From Eledone cirrhosa (Eukaryota): a DNA stretch of 64,000 bases. A program made the translations under genes and the position numbers. The stretch covers positions 34,782,001 to 34,846,000 of the forward strand of contig OZ024757.1 in NCBI GenBank assembly GCA_964016885.1. Reading direction: 5' to 3'. The notes under the pieces were generated by a model. The model did no database searches. It worked only from the letters and a program-made list of their open reading frames with translations, and was not told the origin of the DNA. This document shows, in pieces, positions 14,061 to 31,381 of this stretch (positions within the stretch are counted from its first letter, which is position 1; each line of letters opens with the position of its first letter).

Positions 14061-14315
14061 TGTGTAGACTACCCAAATATTATACTACATCAATATTTTC
14101 AAGGTATTTCCACAATTTTCATCATTATTACGTTTTTTTTCACTAATTTATTGTTTTATTTTAAAAGTATTTCTGACTAACTTTGCTATTTTTTTGTTAT
14201 AAACCATCTAAAAATTGTTATTCATACCACGCCAGGAAATATATTATTAAATTTACATATGAGATTATATACATGTCAAAAATATATATACATTATATAT
14301 TTTTTCTATACATAA

Positions 14316-15215
14316 GACGCACCACGCTTCAAAGACCAGCACTGTACTGAGGACTTTGCCGCAGTCTTCCAGGGTTTATCCAAATCGAAGCTCATCAACA
14401 GGTTCTCTAGGAGCTCGGAATAGCTTTGCACTTTTCACCTCAGTTTAAATCGAGCTCAGTGCCTACCAACAGGCAATTGATAAACCTCAAGTATGGCAAA
14501 TTCATCGAATTTGACATGAAAGGAGCTGTCCGTCTCCTCTCTTCTCTGTCCTCCTTTACTCCGTGTAACTCTGATTCTCTTGATAGACTGAAAGAGAAGC
14601 ACCCATCGGTACCCCCAGATGATCAGTTCCACTGGCCTGAACCACCAGAATACTCAAGACTGGTCTACACTACAGATAACATCAGAAAGGTGTTTACATC
14701 CTTCCCCACTAGTTCAGGCTCAGGATTGATGGCCTTCGACCTCAGCACCTCAAGGATGGTATCTCCTTATTGACCTGTTATGCCAGACTCGAGCTCTTGG
14801 AGAGTCTGAATCAGTTATCTTCAGTGATTGTTCTCCCCTATATCTGCCCACTGTTCTTCGGTGCCAAATTATTCAGTCTCACTAAACCCAACAAAGACCT
14901 GGGCCCCATTGTGGCTGGTTCACTCTCCGCCGTCCCACTGCAAAGGTGTGTTTGCTATCAGTCTGACTCACTGTGAGGGGAATTTCCCCCCCTCCAGCTA
15001 GGGGTTGGTACCAAGCTAGGATGTGAGGCTGTTGCCTACGCTACCTGGGCCTTTTCCAACTTGCCTTCCTTTGTCCCTCAGGGTCATCCCCAAACTTCAC
15101 CACAAGAACACATTCAACTCTGTTAGCCGCAATGACGTCCTCAGCTCGGTAAGTGAGAAGGTCCCACAACTCTACCACTTTGTTTGACAGGCTTATCAGG
15201 GACCCTCCTGCCTCT
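14316..15215 (+). mobile_element. CRE-clade non-LTR RT remnant; also ~25926-26830, 36984-37888, 48040-48943
   Basis: Across frames: LKEKHP, DGLRPQHLKD, FFGAKLFSLTK, QLGVGTKLGCEA, KNTFNSVSR. Confidence 0.7.
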
Positions 15216-15259
15216 CTTTATATATAGATATATATATATATGTGTGTGTGTATATATGT

Positions 15260-15925
15260 TAAACTGTTCGTATACACGCATTATACAAGCTGCTCCTTGT
15301 TTTCAGGGAAAAGCCTTTAGTAGATAGCAGTGGTAGTAACTCCCTGAACTTTTTCTATTCCATGTTCACTCAGGCTACTGTACTTACAGAACACCTACCT
15401 CCACTGCTGATTTGGTCACCAAGGTAGCAGAAGCTGTCTACTTCTTCTATGGAACTCCCCAAGAATTTGATAGAGCTTCTTTCCTGTGGCCGTTTGTTGC
15501 CTACTGCTCCTGTGGAATGACATGTAAAACATACGTTGTTAGCTAACCTACCTGAGATCCCACTACATCTCTCATATACCCATCATTTGCATTTTGGATA
15601 GAGTATAGAATTTCTACCTACACAATTCTTGCACACTGAGCAAGGCCATTTCTCTAAGAGGATCAGGGCTCAGTTTTCCCTTCTAATTCTGCCATGGATT
15701 CAGCTATAATTGTTAGATCATCTACACACAGGAGTTCCCATGGGAAGCCAGTCTTAAACTCCTCTGTTATAGCATGCAGGATGATAATAAACAAAAGAGG
15801 GTTAAGAACAGAGCCCTGGTAGACACCAACCTGCACTCCAAATTCTTCACTATAGTCCATGTTAATCCTAACTTTGCTGATTTCTCCCCTATACATGGCT
15901 TTGACCATGTATTTGAAACATGTAC
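15260..15925 (-). mobile_element. Older inverted RTE RT fragment; also ~26873-27540, 37930-38598, 48975-49640
   Basis: KAMYRGEISKVRI..GVYQGSVLNPLLF..WELLCVDD..LYNACIRT. Confidence 0.85.
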
Positions 15926-16888
15926 CAGACAGTTTCAGGAAGCTCTTTACAGTATAGAACTTTATTATGTAGTCACCAATGAAACCAGACACCAACAGAT
16001 GTCCCTTCATCATCAAAGCAACTCCCTGAAATACAGATACTCAATCCCTACTTGGCTGGCTCACCCAGACATATTCCTAAAGAAATGTAACCCTGGTGGA
16101 GTCGAAGGGGTACTCTAGAGACATACAGTGTTTCTTGGGTATTTCTTATAACCTGATGGAGCCTATCTCCTCATCAGGTCTGAACACTTGTAACTCCTGG
16201 TCTAAACACAGGTGATTTCTCCCAGAGAAGGAGAGAGAGTGATATAGAAATGAGAAAGAGATATAGAGAAAGAATTGACTCCCACTAATCAAAAGGTGGA
16301 GGTTAAAATGTTGACATGTCATCAGGAGAGGAGATGATAGCTATGTTAGAAAGTTGTATTAGAATAGATTTCCTGGGAAAATTTCAGAGAGTAGACTTCC
16401 CAAGAGGTTGAATGATAAACTTTATAGAACATGCTGGAATACCACAACTCACATTGGAGAGAATTGCTCTGGACAGGAAAGTTGGTATCTACAGTTTACC
16501 AATATAGAAATATAAAATTTCCACTTTTAAATCTATCACTGCTCATTAAGTATTCTCTATTATCTCATACTGTTTCTTTCTTATTTCAGAATAACAGATG
16601 ACATTGGGATAAATTATTATTTTTAATCCTGGATACATCACCTATATTTAGCTTTTTATACAGAACTGATATAACACTGTTTATATAAATCTGTGGTTGA
16701 ATTACTTTGAAATATTTCCCCAGAACTGAGTTTTTTTGGGGGGCAAAATTTCTTTTCTTCACTATAAGATATATTTTGTATTTTTACTAAATTTGGATGA
16801 AAAAGTAGTTTGCATTATATTCAAATATTAACTGAGATCACAGTTGAGGGAAATACAGTAGAAAAACTATTTTCAAGATAAAATCATT

Positions 16889-18611
<1,723 letters not shown>

Positions 18612-18696
18612 TAGTCACTTAAATTCTCACAAACGTATACATACAGGAGAGAAGCCACATCACTGATATCTGTGATAAATCATTCTCTAATAGTAA

Positions 18697-19005
<309 letters not shown>

Positions 19006-19095
19006 TAAATCGTTCTCTCGAAGTAGTCACTTTAATTCCCACAAACATCTACATACAGGCGAGATGTCATTTCACTGTGATATCTGGTAAATAAT

Positions 19096-19158
19096 TGTTT
19101 CTACTATTGGCACAAGGCCAGCAATTAACCAGTACATTACTGGTACTTTATTTTATCG
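19096..19158 (-). mobile_element. Truncated SINE (also 30708-30770, 41775-41837)
   Basis: Flanked by 16-bp direct repeat ATATCTGGTAAATAAT; empty site in unit 1 (~7672-7687). Confidence 0.8.
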
Positions 19159-19174
19159 ATATCTGGTAAATAAT

Positions 19175-19358
19175 TGTTTCTACTTTAGGCACTAGGCCAG
19201 TAATTACCCAGTGCATTACTGGTACTTTATTTTATCGACCCCGTAAGGATGAAAGGCAAAGTCAACCTCGGCGGGATTTGAACTCAGATCGTAAAGGGAC
19301 GTAACTATGCTGGAAAGCATGGCGTCCGACCCTCTACCGATACTGCCAATCCACCGCC
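19175..19358 (-). mobile_element. Full-length tRNA-derived SINE, private to unit 2
   Basis: A-box-like TGGCAGTATCGG and B box GAGTTCAAATC on - strand; TSD ATATCTGGTAAATAAT. Confidence 0.9.
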
Positions 19359-19479
19359 ATATCTGGTAAATAATACTCTGAATGTAGTTACTCAACTTCT
19401 CACAAACATGTACATACAAGAGAGAAGCAATATCATTGAGATGTGTGATAAATGATTCTCTTGAAATTGTTTTATTAAT

Positions 19480-19654
19480 TGTTTCTACTTTTAGCACAAG
19501 GCCAGCAATTACCCAGTACATTACTGGTACTTTATTTTATCGACCCCGTAAGGATGAAAGGCAAAGTTAACCTCGGCGGGATTTGAACTCAGAATGGCAA
19601 GGGCAGTAACTCTATGCGTCAAAGCATGGCGTCCAACTCTCTACCGATACTGCC
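19480..19654 (-). mobile_element. tRNA-derived SINE, private to unit 2
   Basis: TSD AATTGTTTTATTAAT (19465-79, 19655-69); empty site in units 3 and 4. Confidence 0.9.
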
Positions 19655-20159
19655 AATTGTTTTATTAATGAAACACAAATACATATCAGTGCGATATCTG
19701 TGGGAAATCATCCTCTTTGAATGCTACATTTATTATACACAAACATATATACAGTTGGGAAGCCATATCACTTTGATATGGTAAATGACTCTAAATGTTG
19801 TGGCTTTACTAGATACTAACATATCCAGGAAATAAACCATATCACTGTGATGTCTGTGGTAAATAATTCTCTTGTAAAGGTTACTTAATGCAACACAATC
19901 ACTATCAGACAAGATAAAAACCATATCACTCAGGCAAAATAGTGCATCCAATGTTTTGAATAAAACTGTTTTACACAGAAATTATTCTCCTTTCTTTTTA
20001 TTTGTAGATGTTGTAACCAAGACTTTTTTTTGACAAAACTAACGTTCAGATTTACAAACATTATCTATGTATATGTATGTGAAGAAATTTGTGTCCATAT
20101 ATATATTTGTATATAAGTATGTGCATATCTCTATTTGTATATAGTATGTGCATATCTGA

Positions 20160-21923
20160 ATAACCAGGTGATACTAGAAGGTGTCATACCAAAAGATTGG
20201 TGCAGTAGCATCATTGTCAACTGCTACAAAGGTAAAGGCGATGCACTAGATAGAGGAAACTATAGAGGTATAAAGCTGATGGACCAGGTCATGAAAGTAA
20301 CAGAAAGAGTTATAGCACAGATGATTAGGGACCGGGTGAAACTAGACGAGATGCAATTTGGGTTTGTACCAGGAAGAGGCACCACTGATGCCCTCTTCCT
20401 TGTCAGGCAGTTACAGGAAAAGTACTTAACTAAAAGTAAGCCACTCTACCTGGCATTTGTCGACCTTGAGAAAGCCTTTGACAGAGTTCCACGTGTGGTA
20501 ATCTGGTGGACTCTTAGAAAACTAGGAGTAGATGAATGGCTTGTGAAAGCGGTACAAGCCATGTATAGGGGAGCAGTCAGCAAAGTTAGGATTAGCAATG
20601 CGTATAGCGAGGAATTTAGCGTACAGGTTGGGGTCCACCAGGGCTCTGTTCTTAGCCCGCTCCTGTTCATCATAGTCCTGCAGGCAATAACGGAGGAGTT
20701 TAAGACCGGATGCCCATGGTAACTCCTGTATGCTGATGACCTCGCACTTATAGCTGAATCTATGGTAGAACTAGAGAAGAAATTCCAAACTTGGAAGCAG
20801 GGACTAGAAAGAAAGGGTCTCAAAGTCAACATGACAAAGACTAAGGTCCTTGAAAGTAGACAAGAAAACAGAACCCAGATCCCCTCAGGGAAATGGCCTT
20901 GCTCAGTATGTAGGAAAGGTGTAGGTAGGAACTCCATTCTCTGCCTCAAATGCAAACAATGGGTACACAATAGATGTAGCGGGATCTCAGGAAGCTTAAT
21001 TAAGAATGTAGGCTTCACGTGCAACAGCTGTGCTGGGACAGCAAGCAGCAAACACCCACAGGAAACAAGTACCACCAATCTCTGGGAGCGCTCTGTAGAA
21101 ACAGTAGACAGCTTCTGCTACCTAGGTGACCGAATTAGCAGCGGAGGTGGGTGTTCAGAAAGTACAATAACTAGGGTAAGAACGGGATGGAAGAAGTTTA
21201 GGGAACTACTACCACTGCTAGCTGCAAAAGGCTTCTCCCTTAAAATGAAAAGCAGACTATGATGCGTGTATCCGAACAGCGATGTTGCATGGTAGTGAGA
21301 CCTGGGCGCTGAAGGTGGAAGACTTGCGTAGATTAGAGAGAAACAAAGCCTGCATGCTCCGATGGATGTTTAATAGTAATATACGCGAACGACAAAGCAT
21401 AAATGAATTGAGAGAGAGACTGAGCATAAGAGGAATCAAATGCTGTGTGCAGGAGAGGTGGTTGCGTTGGTATGGACATGTGATGCGTATGAAGGATGAC
21501 AGCTGCATAAAAAGGTGCAGAGCACTAGAAGTCGATAGAAGCCACGGAGTCGGGAGACCCAAGATGAGGTGATAAAAGCCGACCTTACCCAATTACACCT
21601 ATCAAAGGCGATAACACGACCGTGACCTCTGGCGTCACGCAGTAATACAGAGTACCCCAACCTCCCATGGGTACAAGCTGAAGCATATAGACAATATGCC
21701 CCCACACCCCCCACTGCAAAGTGGTCGTGGAGGTGCCACGGCAAAAAAGCACCCAGCCCACACTGTAAAGTGGACGTGTAGGCGCCACGAAAAAGCACCC
21801 AGCACTCACTGTAAATGAGGTTGGTGTTAGGAAGGGCATCCAGCTGTAGAAATCAAGCCAGCATCAGTTCCCGTCCTACCCTTGCAAGCAGGGAAAAGCC
21901 GACTTAAAATGATGATGATGATG
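20160..21923 (+). mobile_element. 5'-truncated RTE LINE, copy 2
   Basis: As copy 1; GAA>TAA stop at 20720-22 just before LLYADD. Confidence 0.93.
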
Positions 21924-22392
21924 TGTGTGTATATATATATGTGTGCGTGTATATATATATATCTGTGTGTGTGTATATATATATATGTGTGTGTGTGTGT
22001 ATATATATATGTGTGTGTGTGTGTATATATATGTGTGTGTGTGTGTATATATATGTGTGTGTGTGTGTATATATATGTGTGTGTGTGTGTATATATATGT
22101 GTGTGTGTGTGTATATATATGTGTGTGTGTGTGTATATATATGTGTGTGTGTGTATATATGTGTGTGTGTATATATATATGTGTGTGTATATATATATAT
22201 GTGTGTGTATATATATGTATGTGTATATATATATATGTGTGTATGTGTATATATATATGTATGTGTATATATATATGTGTGTATGTGTATATATATATGT
22301 GTGTATATATATATATATATGTGTGTGTATATATATATACACACACACATATATATATATATATATACACACATATGTATATATATATATAT

Positions 22393-22433
<41 letters not shown>

Positions 22434-22444
22434 TATATACACAC

Positions 22445-22475
<31 letters not shown>

Positions 22476-22490
22476 TATATATATATATAT

Positions 22491-22547
<57 letters not shown>

Positions 22548-22552
22548 TATAT

Positions 22553-22592
<40 letters not shown>
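21922..22592. repeat. Compound TA/TG/CA microsatellite (also 33144-33652, 44211-44716)
   Basis: Low-complexity run. Confidence 0.97.
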
Positions 22593-22594
<2 letters not shown>

Positions 22595-23905
22595 ATTAGA
22601 TACGATTGGAACAGTGTCTGAGTGTATTAAATTATATCAGGGACCTTTAACGTATGACACCGGCAAGCGTGATGAAAATTGTGAACGTCACCGCGTACCT
22701 GCTGTCTTCATTATAACTTTAATTAATCTAATTATATCTTGTGTATCGTCATCTGTCCTATCTATTCTTACTTTACAATTGTGTCTACTAAGAATTCCAT
22801 TATAATCTGTAGTAGAAAAACGACTATTTCACCAGAACATCTGCTATCAGTCATTTATGGACAATATATATATATATTAGACCACATATCAACCTAATAT
22901 ATACATATTTCCTATCAAATCTCTGGCTAAAGATATAAATATTTTGAAGGTAATTCAAGAATTTTTATCATGATTAAGTTTTTTTTCACTAATTTATTAT
23001 GTTTTAATTTTAAAATATTTCTAACTAACTATATTTTGTGTTATAAACCGTCTAAAAATTGTTATTTATACCAGGCCAGGAAATGTAAATTAAATTTACA
23101 AATGTGATTATATACACGCGTCAAAAATATATATACATTGAGTTCAAATCCCGCCGTTGTTAACTTTGCCTTTCATCCTTACGGGGTCGATAAAATAAAG
23201 TACCAGTAATGGACTGAGTATTTGCTGGCCTTGTGCCTAAAACAGAAAATTAGATATTTTCCCTATACATTATCCATAATAGACAATATATTATACCTCC
23301 CCATCTAATATATTTTCCTACGACCTCTTAACTACACGGTCAATTAAACAATTAACACTTTTTACTTTCTCATCGTTTTTACCTAAAAACAAACAACTTC
23401 ATCCACTATCTTCAGTTAATTTTAAATTTCTTTCCTCAATTCCAATCTCTTCCCTTCAATGTTTTAATATCTCAGTCCTATTCTTGCACCTTTATTTTAA
23501 ATATTTACTCACTCATTTCCCCGTATTTGGTACACCTCATAATCCCCTTTCTCTTTGTTAGTTCTCATTGTTTCCTTTCTTATTTTCTCAGTCTCAACCT
23601 CCCTGTCCCCTATATTTAAATATCACCTCACTATCGTTACTATGCTTTTACAATTTTTAAATTTACTGCGGTTTCATCCATGTGGAATATTACAGTCTTT
23701 GAATTTTTAATTCTAATGTTTTTTCCATCTCTTTCTCTTCCACAGTATTTACCTACCTTTTACGTGTGTGTGTCTCTCCTTTCTGTTGTCCTACGTCTTG
23801 TTTTTGTGTGTTGTGTGCTTAGTTTGTGCATTTGTTACATCCGAGTGTGTGTTTATTTATCTAGTCACTAGTTGGTTGGTTCTTCATCTGTGTGTGTCTG
23901 ATTTG

Positions 23906-25051
23906 GGCACTACCATGCTATTAGCTGTCAGAAGTGAAAGTTTCGTCAACCTTCTCAATCGTAAACATCGTTTATTTCCGTATTACCACGCGTTATTTAA
24001 ATAAAGCATATCGATGTAAGTGGAGTTACTTAAATGAAAATATAGGTAGCCCTTAAAAGGGCCAAATTACAAAACAAATTTAAGTTAATTAGAAAACAAG
24101 TCATGGTTATCAAATAAATTGGATTTAATCATTTATATTTTCATAGTCATGGTTATCAATTTCATGTATAGGGTTGGTGAAAAAAATTTGATAACCTGTA
24201 ACGGAATTATGTGTGATTGTAACGATAAGTGGATGGATGGATGGAACTGTAGGTATAGTGGTTTCGATGTAAAGAAAAAGACCAGGTTTGTGTCGTTACA
24301 AAGTTTATTTTATTATAACAATATTCAATTTGAATATTGAATGATAAAATCAATAACACAAAATATTCATACAATAATTTGGTGGCTCTTCGAGACACGT
24401 AAATTCAAGTATCACAGAATACGATTATAATATAATTTGTACTGTATCAGAAAGGTACAATATGTGTAAACAGAAATGAATGGTGCGTGTACAAATGCTG
24501 GCCTCGCTATGAATGCGTGTGTGCGTATCAGTATATTTACTTATTTGTATTGCAGGAGTCGGCGATCAGCCAGGAAGGTGAGAATAAGTGGCAGACTGGT
24601 TATTCGTGACGAGAGCTTGTAAATGCCACTTGTCTTGTCTGTTGTATATCACTTCTTTTCTGTCGAGGCGTAAACAACCCCTGTATTTATAAGAGTTGAA
24701 GTTAGGATAGATATATCCTCTGAACTTTGGTTTGTCTCCCAAGGGATTAGTTTGCCAAGCGTAAACAAGTCAGAAAGATGACCTGTGTTTAGCCTCTCCC
24801 AAGGTGTTAGTCTCTTGAGCGTAAACAAGTTACCACGGCTTGTCCCAGAGACGGGAAAGCTCAGATTCGGTTTCGAACTTCGCTGCCGTTATGCACCATA
24901 TATTTGTTTTCTAATTTGGCCCTTTTAAGGGCCACCTATATTTTCACTTACATCGATATGCTTTATTAAAATAACGCGTGGTAATACGATGTTTACGATT
25001 GAGAAAGTTGACGAAACTTTCACTTCTGACAGCTAATAGCATGATAGTGCC
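23906..25051. mobile_element. Merlin-like TIR element, copy 2
   Basis: Same TIRs and CTGATTTG TSD. Confidence 0.8.
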
Positions 25052-28000
25052 CTGATTTGTTTTGTGAGTTAGAAATGAGTGTTTTGCTAATTAGCGTTTT
25101 TATGGGAATAGCTGGTCTTTCAACTATGTTAATATTTAATTTGAGTTTGTCTAGGGCCCTTCTAAATCTATAAGCTAGTTCGCCTCTATGGGTTGTATTG
25201 ACAAACATTACACTCTGGTATTTATTGCTATCATACCATGAGTTTATTTTATTTGCATTATTCCTAAGCCTTTCTATTCTGTTTCAAAATATGCTCTTAT
25301 ACATGGGGTAAGTTCCGTTTGCATCATTTTCTACCATCTTTGCCCATTTAGTTCTAGCTCCTTTATATACCCTGATCTTGTTTCTGATTTTAGCCAGAGA
25401 ACTGCATGTGGTGAATAAAGTGTTGTCTCTTTAAGTATTTGGTGTTTGACATGCAGGACACGTTCCTCATCACTCTTACTAAGTCCACAATCAGTATGTT
25501 GATTTTTTAATGTGGTCCGAAACAGCTGAGTTTCAGTGGATCAGGTATTTGGAGGTCATGGGTTTGGCATAATGCAAATGGAGGATTTGAGTTCTATTAC
25601 TAATAGTTTCCAACCACATTTCTGTGTCTAGTACAGGTAATCTATGGTTGGGGTGTTTATTTGGGTAGTCTATGTGTAGACTACCCAAATATTATACTAC
25701 ATCAATATTTTCAAGGTATTTCCACAATTTTCATCATTATTACGTTTTTTTTCACTAATTTATTGTTTTATTTTAAAAGTATTTCTGACTAACTTTGCTA
25801 TTTTTTTGTTATAAACCATCTAAAAATTGTTATTCATACCACGCCAGGAAATATATTATTAAATTTACATATGAGATTATATACATGTCAAAAATATATA
25901 TACATTATATATTTTTTCTATACATAAGACGCACCACGCTTCAAAGACCAGCACTGTACTGAGGACTTTGCCGCAGTCTTCCAGGGTTTATCCAAATCGA
26001 AGCTCATCAACAGGTTCTCTAAGGGAGCTCGGAATAGCTTTGCACTTTTCACCTCAGTTTAAATCGAGCTCAGTGCCTACCAACAGGCAATTGATAAACC
26101 TCAAGTATGGCAAATTCATCGAATTTGACATGAAAGGAGCTGTCCGTCTCCTCTCTTCTCTGTCCTCCTTTACTCCGTGTAACTCTGATTCTCTTGATAG
26201 ACTGAAAGAGAAGCACCCATCGGTACCCCCAGATGATCAGTTCCACTGGCCTGAACCACCAGAATACTCAAGACTGGTCTACACTACAGATAACATCAGA
26301 AAGGTGTTTACATCCTTCCCCACTAGTTCAGGCTCAGGATTGATGGCCTTCGACCTCAGCACCTCAAGGATGGTATCTCCTTATTGACTTGTTATGCCAG
26401 ACTCGAGCTCTTGGAGAGTCTGAATCAGTTATCTTCAGTGATTGTTCTCCCCTATATCTGCCCACTGTTCTTCGGTGCCAAATTATTCAGTCTCACTAAA
26501 CCCAACAAAGACCTGGGCCCCATTGTGGCTGGTTCACTCTCCGCCGTCCCACTGCAAAGGTGTGTTTGCTATCAGTCTGACTCACTGTGAGGGGAATTTC
26601 CCCCCCTCCAGCTAGGAGTTGGTACCAAGCTGGGATGTGAGGCTGTTGCCTACGCTACCTGGGCCTTTTCCAACTTGCCTTCCTTTGTCCCTCAGGGTCA
26701 TCCCCAAACTTCACCACAAGAACACATTCAACTCTGTTAGCCGCAATGACGTCCTCAGCTCGGTAAGTGAGAAGGTCCCACAACTCTACCACTTTGTTTG
26801 ACAGGCTTATCAGGAACCCTCCTGCCTCTCTTTATATATAGATATATATATATATGTGTGTGTGTATATATGTTAAACTGTTCGTATACACGCATTATAC
26901 AAGCTACTCCTTGTTTTCAGGGAAAAGCCTTTAGTAGATAGCAGTGGTAGTAGCTCCCTGAACTTTTTCTATTCCATGTTCACTCAGGCTACTGTACTTA
27001 CAGAACACCTACCTCCACTGCTGATTTGGTCACCAAGGTAGCAGAAGCTGTCTACTTCTTCTATGGAACCCCCCAAGAATTTGATAGAGCTTCTTTCCTG
27101 TGGCCGTTTGTTGCCTACTGCTCCTGTGGAATGACATGTAAAACATACGTTGTTAGCTAACCTACCTGAGATCCCACTACATCTCTCATATACCCATCAT
27201 TTGCATTTTGGATAGAGTATAGAATTTCTACCTACACAATTCTTGCACACTGAGCAAGGCCATTTCTCTGAGAGGATCAGGGCTCTGTTTTCCCTTCTAA
27301 TTCTGCCATGGATTCAGCTATAATTGTTAGATCATCTACACACAGGAGTTCCCATGGGAAGCCAGTCTTAAACTCCTCTGTTATAGCATGCAGGATGATA
27401 ATAAACAAAAGAGGGTTAAGAACAGAGCCCTGGTAGACACCAACCTGCACTCCAAATTCTTCACTATAGTCCATGTTAATCCTAACTTTGCTGATTTCTC
27501 CCCTATACATGTCTTTGACCATGTATTTGAAACATGTACCAGACAGTTTCAGGAAGCTCTTTACAGTATAGAACTTTATTATGTAGTCACCAATGAAACC
27601 AGACACCAACAGATGTCCCTTCATCATCAAAGCAACTCCCTGAAATACAGATACTCAATCCCTACTTGGCTGGCTCACCCAGACATATTCCTAAAGAAAT
27701 GTAACCCTGGTGGAGTCGAAGGGGTACTCTAGAGACATACAGTGTTTCTTGGGTATTTCTTATAACCTGATGGAGCCTATCTCCTCATCAGGTCTGAACA
27801 CTTGTAACTCCTGGTCTAAACACAGGTGATTTCTCCCAGAGAAGGAGAGTGATATAGAAATGAGAAAGAGATATAGAGAAAGAATTGACTCCCACTAATC
27901 AAAAGGTGGAGGTTAAAATGTTGACGTGTCATCAGGAGAGGAGATGATAGCTATGTTAGAAAGTTGTATTAGAATAGATTTCCTGGGAAAATGTCAGAGA

Positions 28001-28504
28001 GTAGACTTCCCAAGAGGTTGAATGATAAACTTTATAGAACATGCTGGAATACCACAACTCACATTGGAGAGAATTGCTCTGGACAGGAAAGTTGGTATCT
28101 ACAGTTTACCAATATAGAAATATAAAATTTCCACTTTTAAATCTATCACTGCTCATTAAGTATTCTCTATTATCTCATACTGTTTCTTTCTTATTTCAGA
28201 ATAACAGATGACATTGGGATAAATTATTATTTTTAATCCTGGATACATCACCTATATTTAGCTTTTTATACAGAACTGATATAACACTGTTTATATAAAT
28301 CTGTGGTTGAATTACTTTGAAATATTTCCCCAGAACTGAGTTTTTTTTTGGGGGGGGGGCAAAATTTCTTTTCTTCACTATAAGATATATTTTGTATTTT
28401 TACTAAATTTGGATGAAAAAGTAGTTTGCATTATATTCAAATATTAACTGAGATCACAGTTGAGGGAAATACAGTAGAAAAACTATTTTCAAGATAAAAT
28501 CATT

Positions 28505-29785
28505 ATGGAAGACAGAGTGTGTGAGAAGATAAAATCTGAAACACTGTCTAAAAGGATAAATATTCCAGATGAGATGCTGAAGGATAGAGGAGAGAAGCCA
28601 TATCACTGTAATATCTGTAAAAAGTCATTCTCTTATAATAGCCACTTAACTAAACACAAACATGTACATACAGGAGAGAGGCCATATCACTGTGAGCTCT
28701 GTAAAAAGTCATTCTCTTATAATAGCCACTTAACTACACACAAATGTATACATACAGGAGACAAGCCATATCACTGTAATATCTGTGGTAAATCATTCTC
28801 TCAAAAAGGAATCTTAACTAGACACAAATCTATACATACAGGGGAGAAGCCATATCACTGTGATATCTGTGGTAAATCATTCTCTCTAAAAGGAAACTTA
28901 ACATCTCATATATCTATTCATACAGGAAACAAGCCATATCACTGTGATATATGTGGTAAATCATTTGCTCAAAGTTTTCACTTAACTAGACACAAACATA
29001 TACATACAGGAGGGAAGCCATATCACTGTGATATCTGTGGTAACTCATTCTCTGCAAGTAGTACTTTAACTACTCACAAGCGTATACATACAGGTAAGAA
29101 GCAATATTACTGTGACATCTGTGGTAAATCTTTCTCTGAATCAAGTTCATTAACTACTCACAAGCGGATACATACAGGTGAGAAGCCATATCGCTGTGAT
29201 ATCTGTGGTAAATCATTCTCTGTAAGTAGTACTGCAACTACTCACAAACGTATACATACTGGAGACAAGCCATATCACTGCGAGTTCTGTAGTAAATCAT
29301 TCTCTCAAAGTTGCCAATTAACTAGGCACAAACGTATACATACAGGAGAGAGACCATATCACTGTGATATCTGTGGTGAATCATTCTCTTTAAAAGGAAA
29401 CTTAACATCTCACAAACGTATACATACAGGTGAGAAGCCATATCACTGTGATATCTGTGGTAAATCATTCTCTCAAAAAGGACCCTTAACATATCACAAA
29501 TCTATACATACAGGAGAGAAACCATATCACTGTGATATCTGTGGTAAATCATTCTCTCAAAAGGGACACTTAACATCTCACAAATCTATACATACAGGGG
29601 AGAAGCCATATCAGTGTGATATCTGTGGTAAATCGTTCTTTCAAAAAGGACACTTAACATATCACAAATCTATACATACAGGAGAGAAGCCATATCACTG
29701 TGATATCTGTGGTAAATCATTTTCTCAAAAAGGACACTTAACATATCACAAATCTATACATACAGGAGAGAAGCCATATCACTGA
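28505..29785 (+). CDS. Chimeric C2H2 ZNF copy C2, 14 fingers
   Basis: 426-aa ORF differing from C1 at 2 residues. Confidence 0.88.
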   Translation: MEDRVCEKIKSETLSKRINIPDEMLKDRGEKPYHCNICKKSFSYNSHLTKHKHVHTGERPYHCELCKKSFSYNSHLTTHKCIHTGDKPYHCNICGKSFSQKGILTRHKSIHTGEKPYHCDICGKSFSLKGNLTSHISIHTGNKPYHCDICGKSFAQSFHLTRHKHIHTGGKPYHCDICGNSFSASSTLTTHKRIHTGKKQYYCDICGKSFSESSSLTTHKRIHTGEKPYRCDICGKSFSVSSTATTHKRIHTGDKPYHCEFCSKSFSQSCQLTRHKRIHTGERPYHCDICGESFSLKGNLTSHKRIHTGEKPYHCDICGKSFSQKGPLTYHKSIHTGEKPYHCDICGKSFSQKGHLTSHKSIHTGEKPYQCDICGKSFFQKGHLTYHKSIHTGEKPYHCDICGKSFSQKGHLTYHKSIHTGEKPYH

Positions 29786-31157
<1,372 letters not shown>

Positions 31158-31381
31158 AAAATAGTGCATCCAATGTTTTGAATAAAACTGTTTTACACAG
31201 AAATTATTCTCCTTTCTTTTTATTTGTAGAAGTTGTAACCAAGACTTTTTTTTGACAAAACTAACGTTCAGATTTACAAACATTATCTATGTATATGTAT
31301 GTGAAGAAATTTGTGTCCATATATATATTTGTATATAAGTATGTGCATATCTGTATTTGTATATAGTATGTGCATATCTGA

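Noticed and set aside
19175-19358. tRNA gene
   Set aside because: A/B boxes are followed by a SINE core, tail and TSD
20720-20722. Stop codons rescued by A-to-I editing
   Set aside because: The TAA derives from GAA and the ZNF stops arise from frameshifting deletions; editing would not restore the original protein
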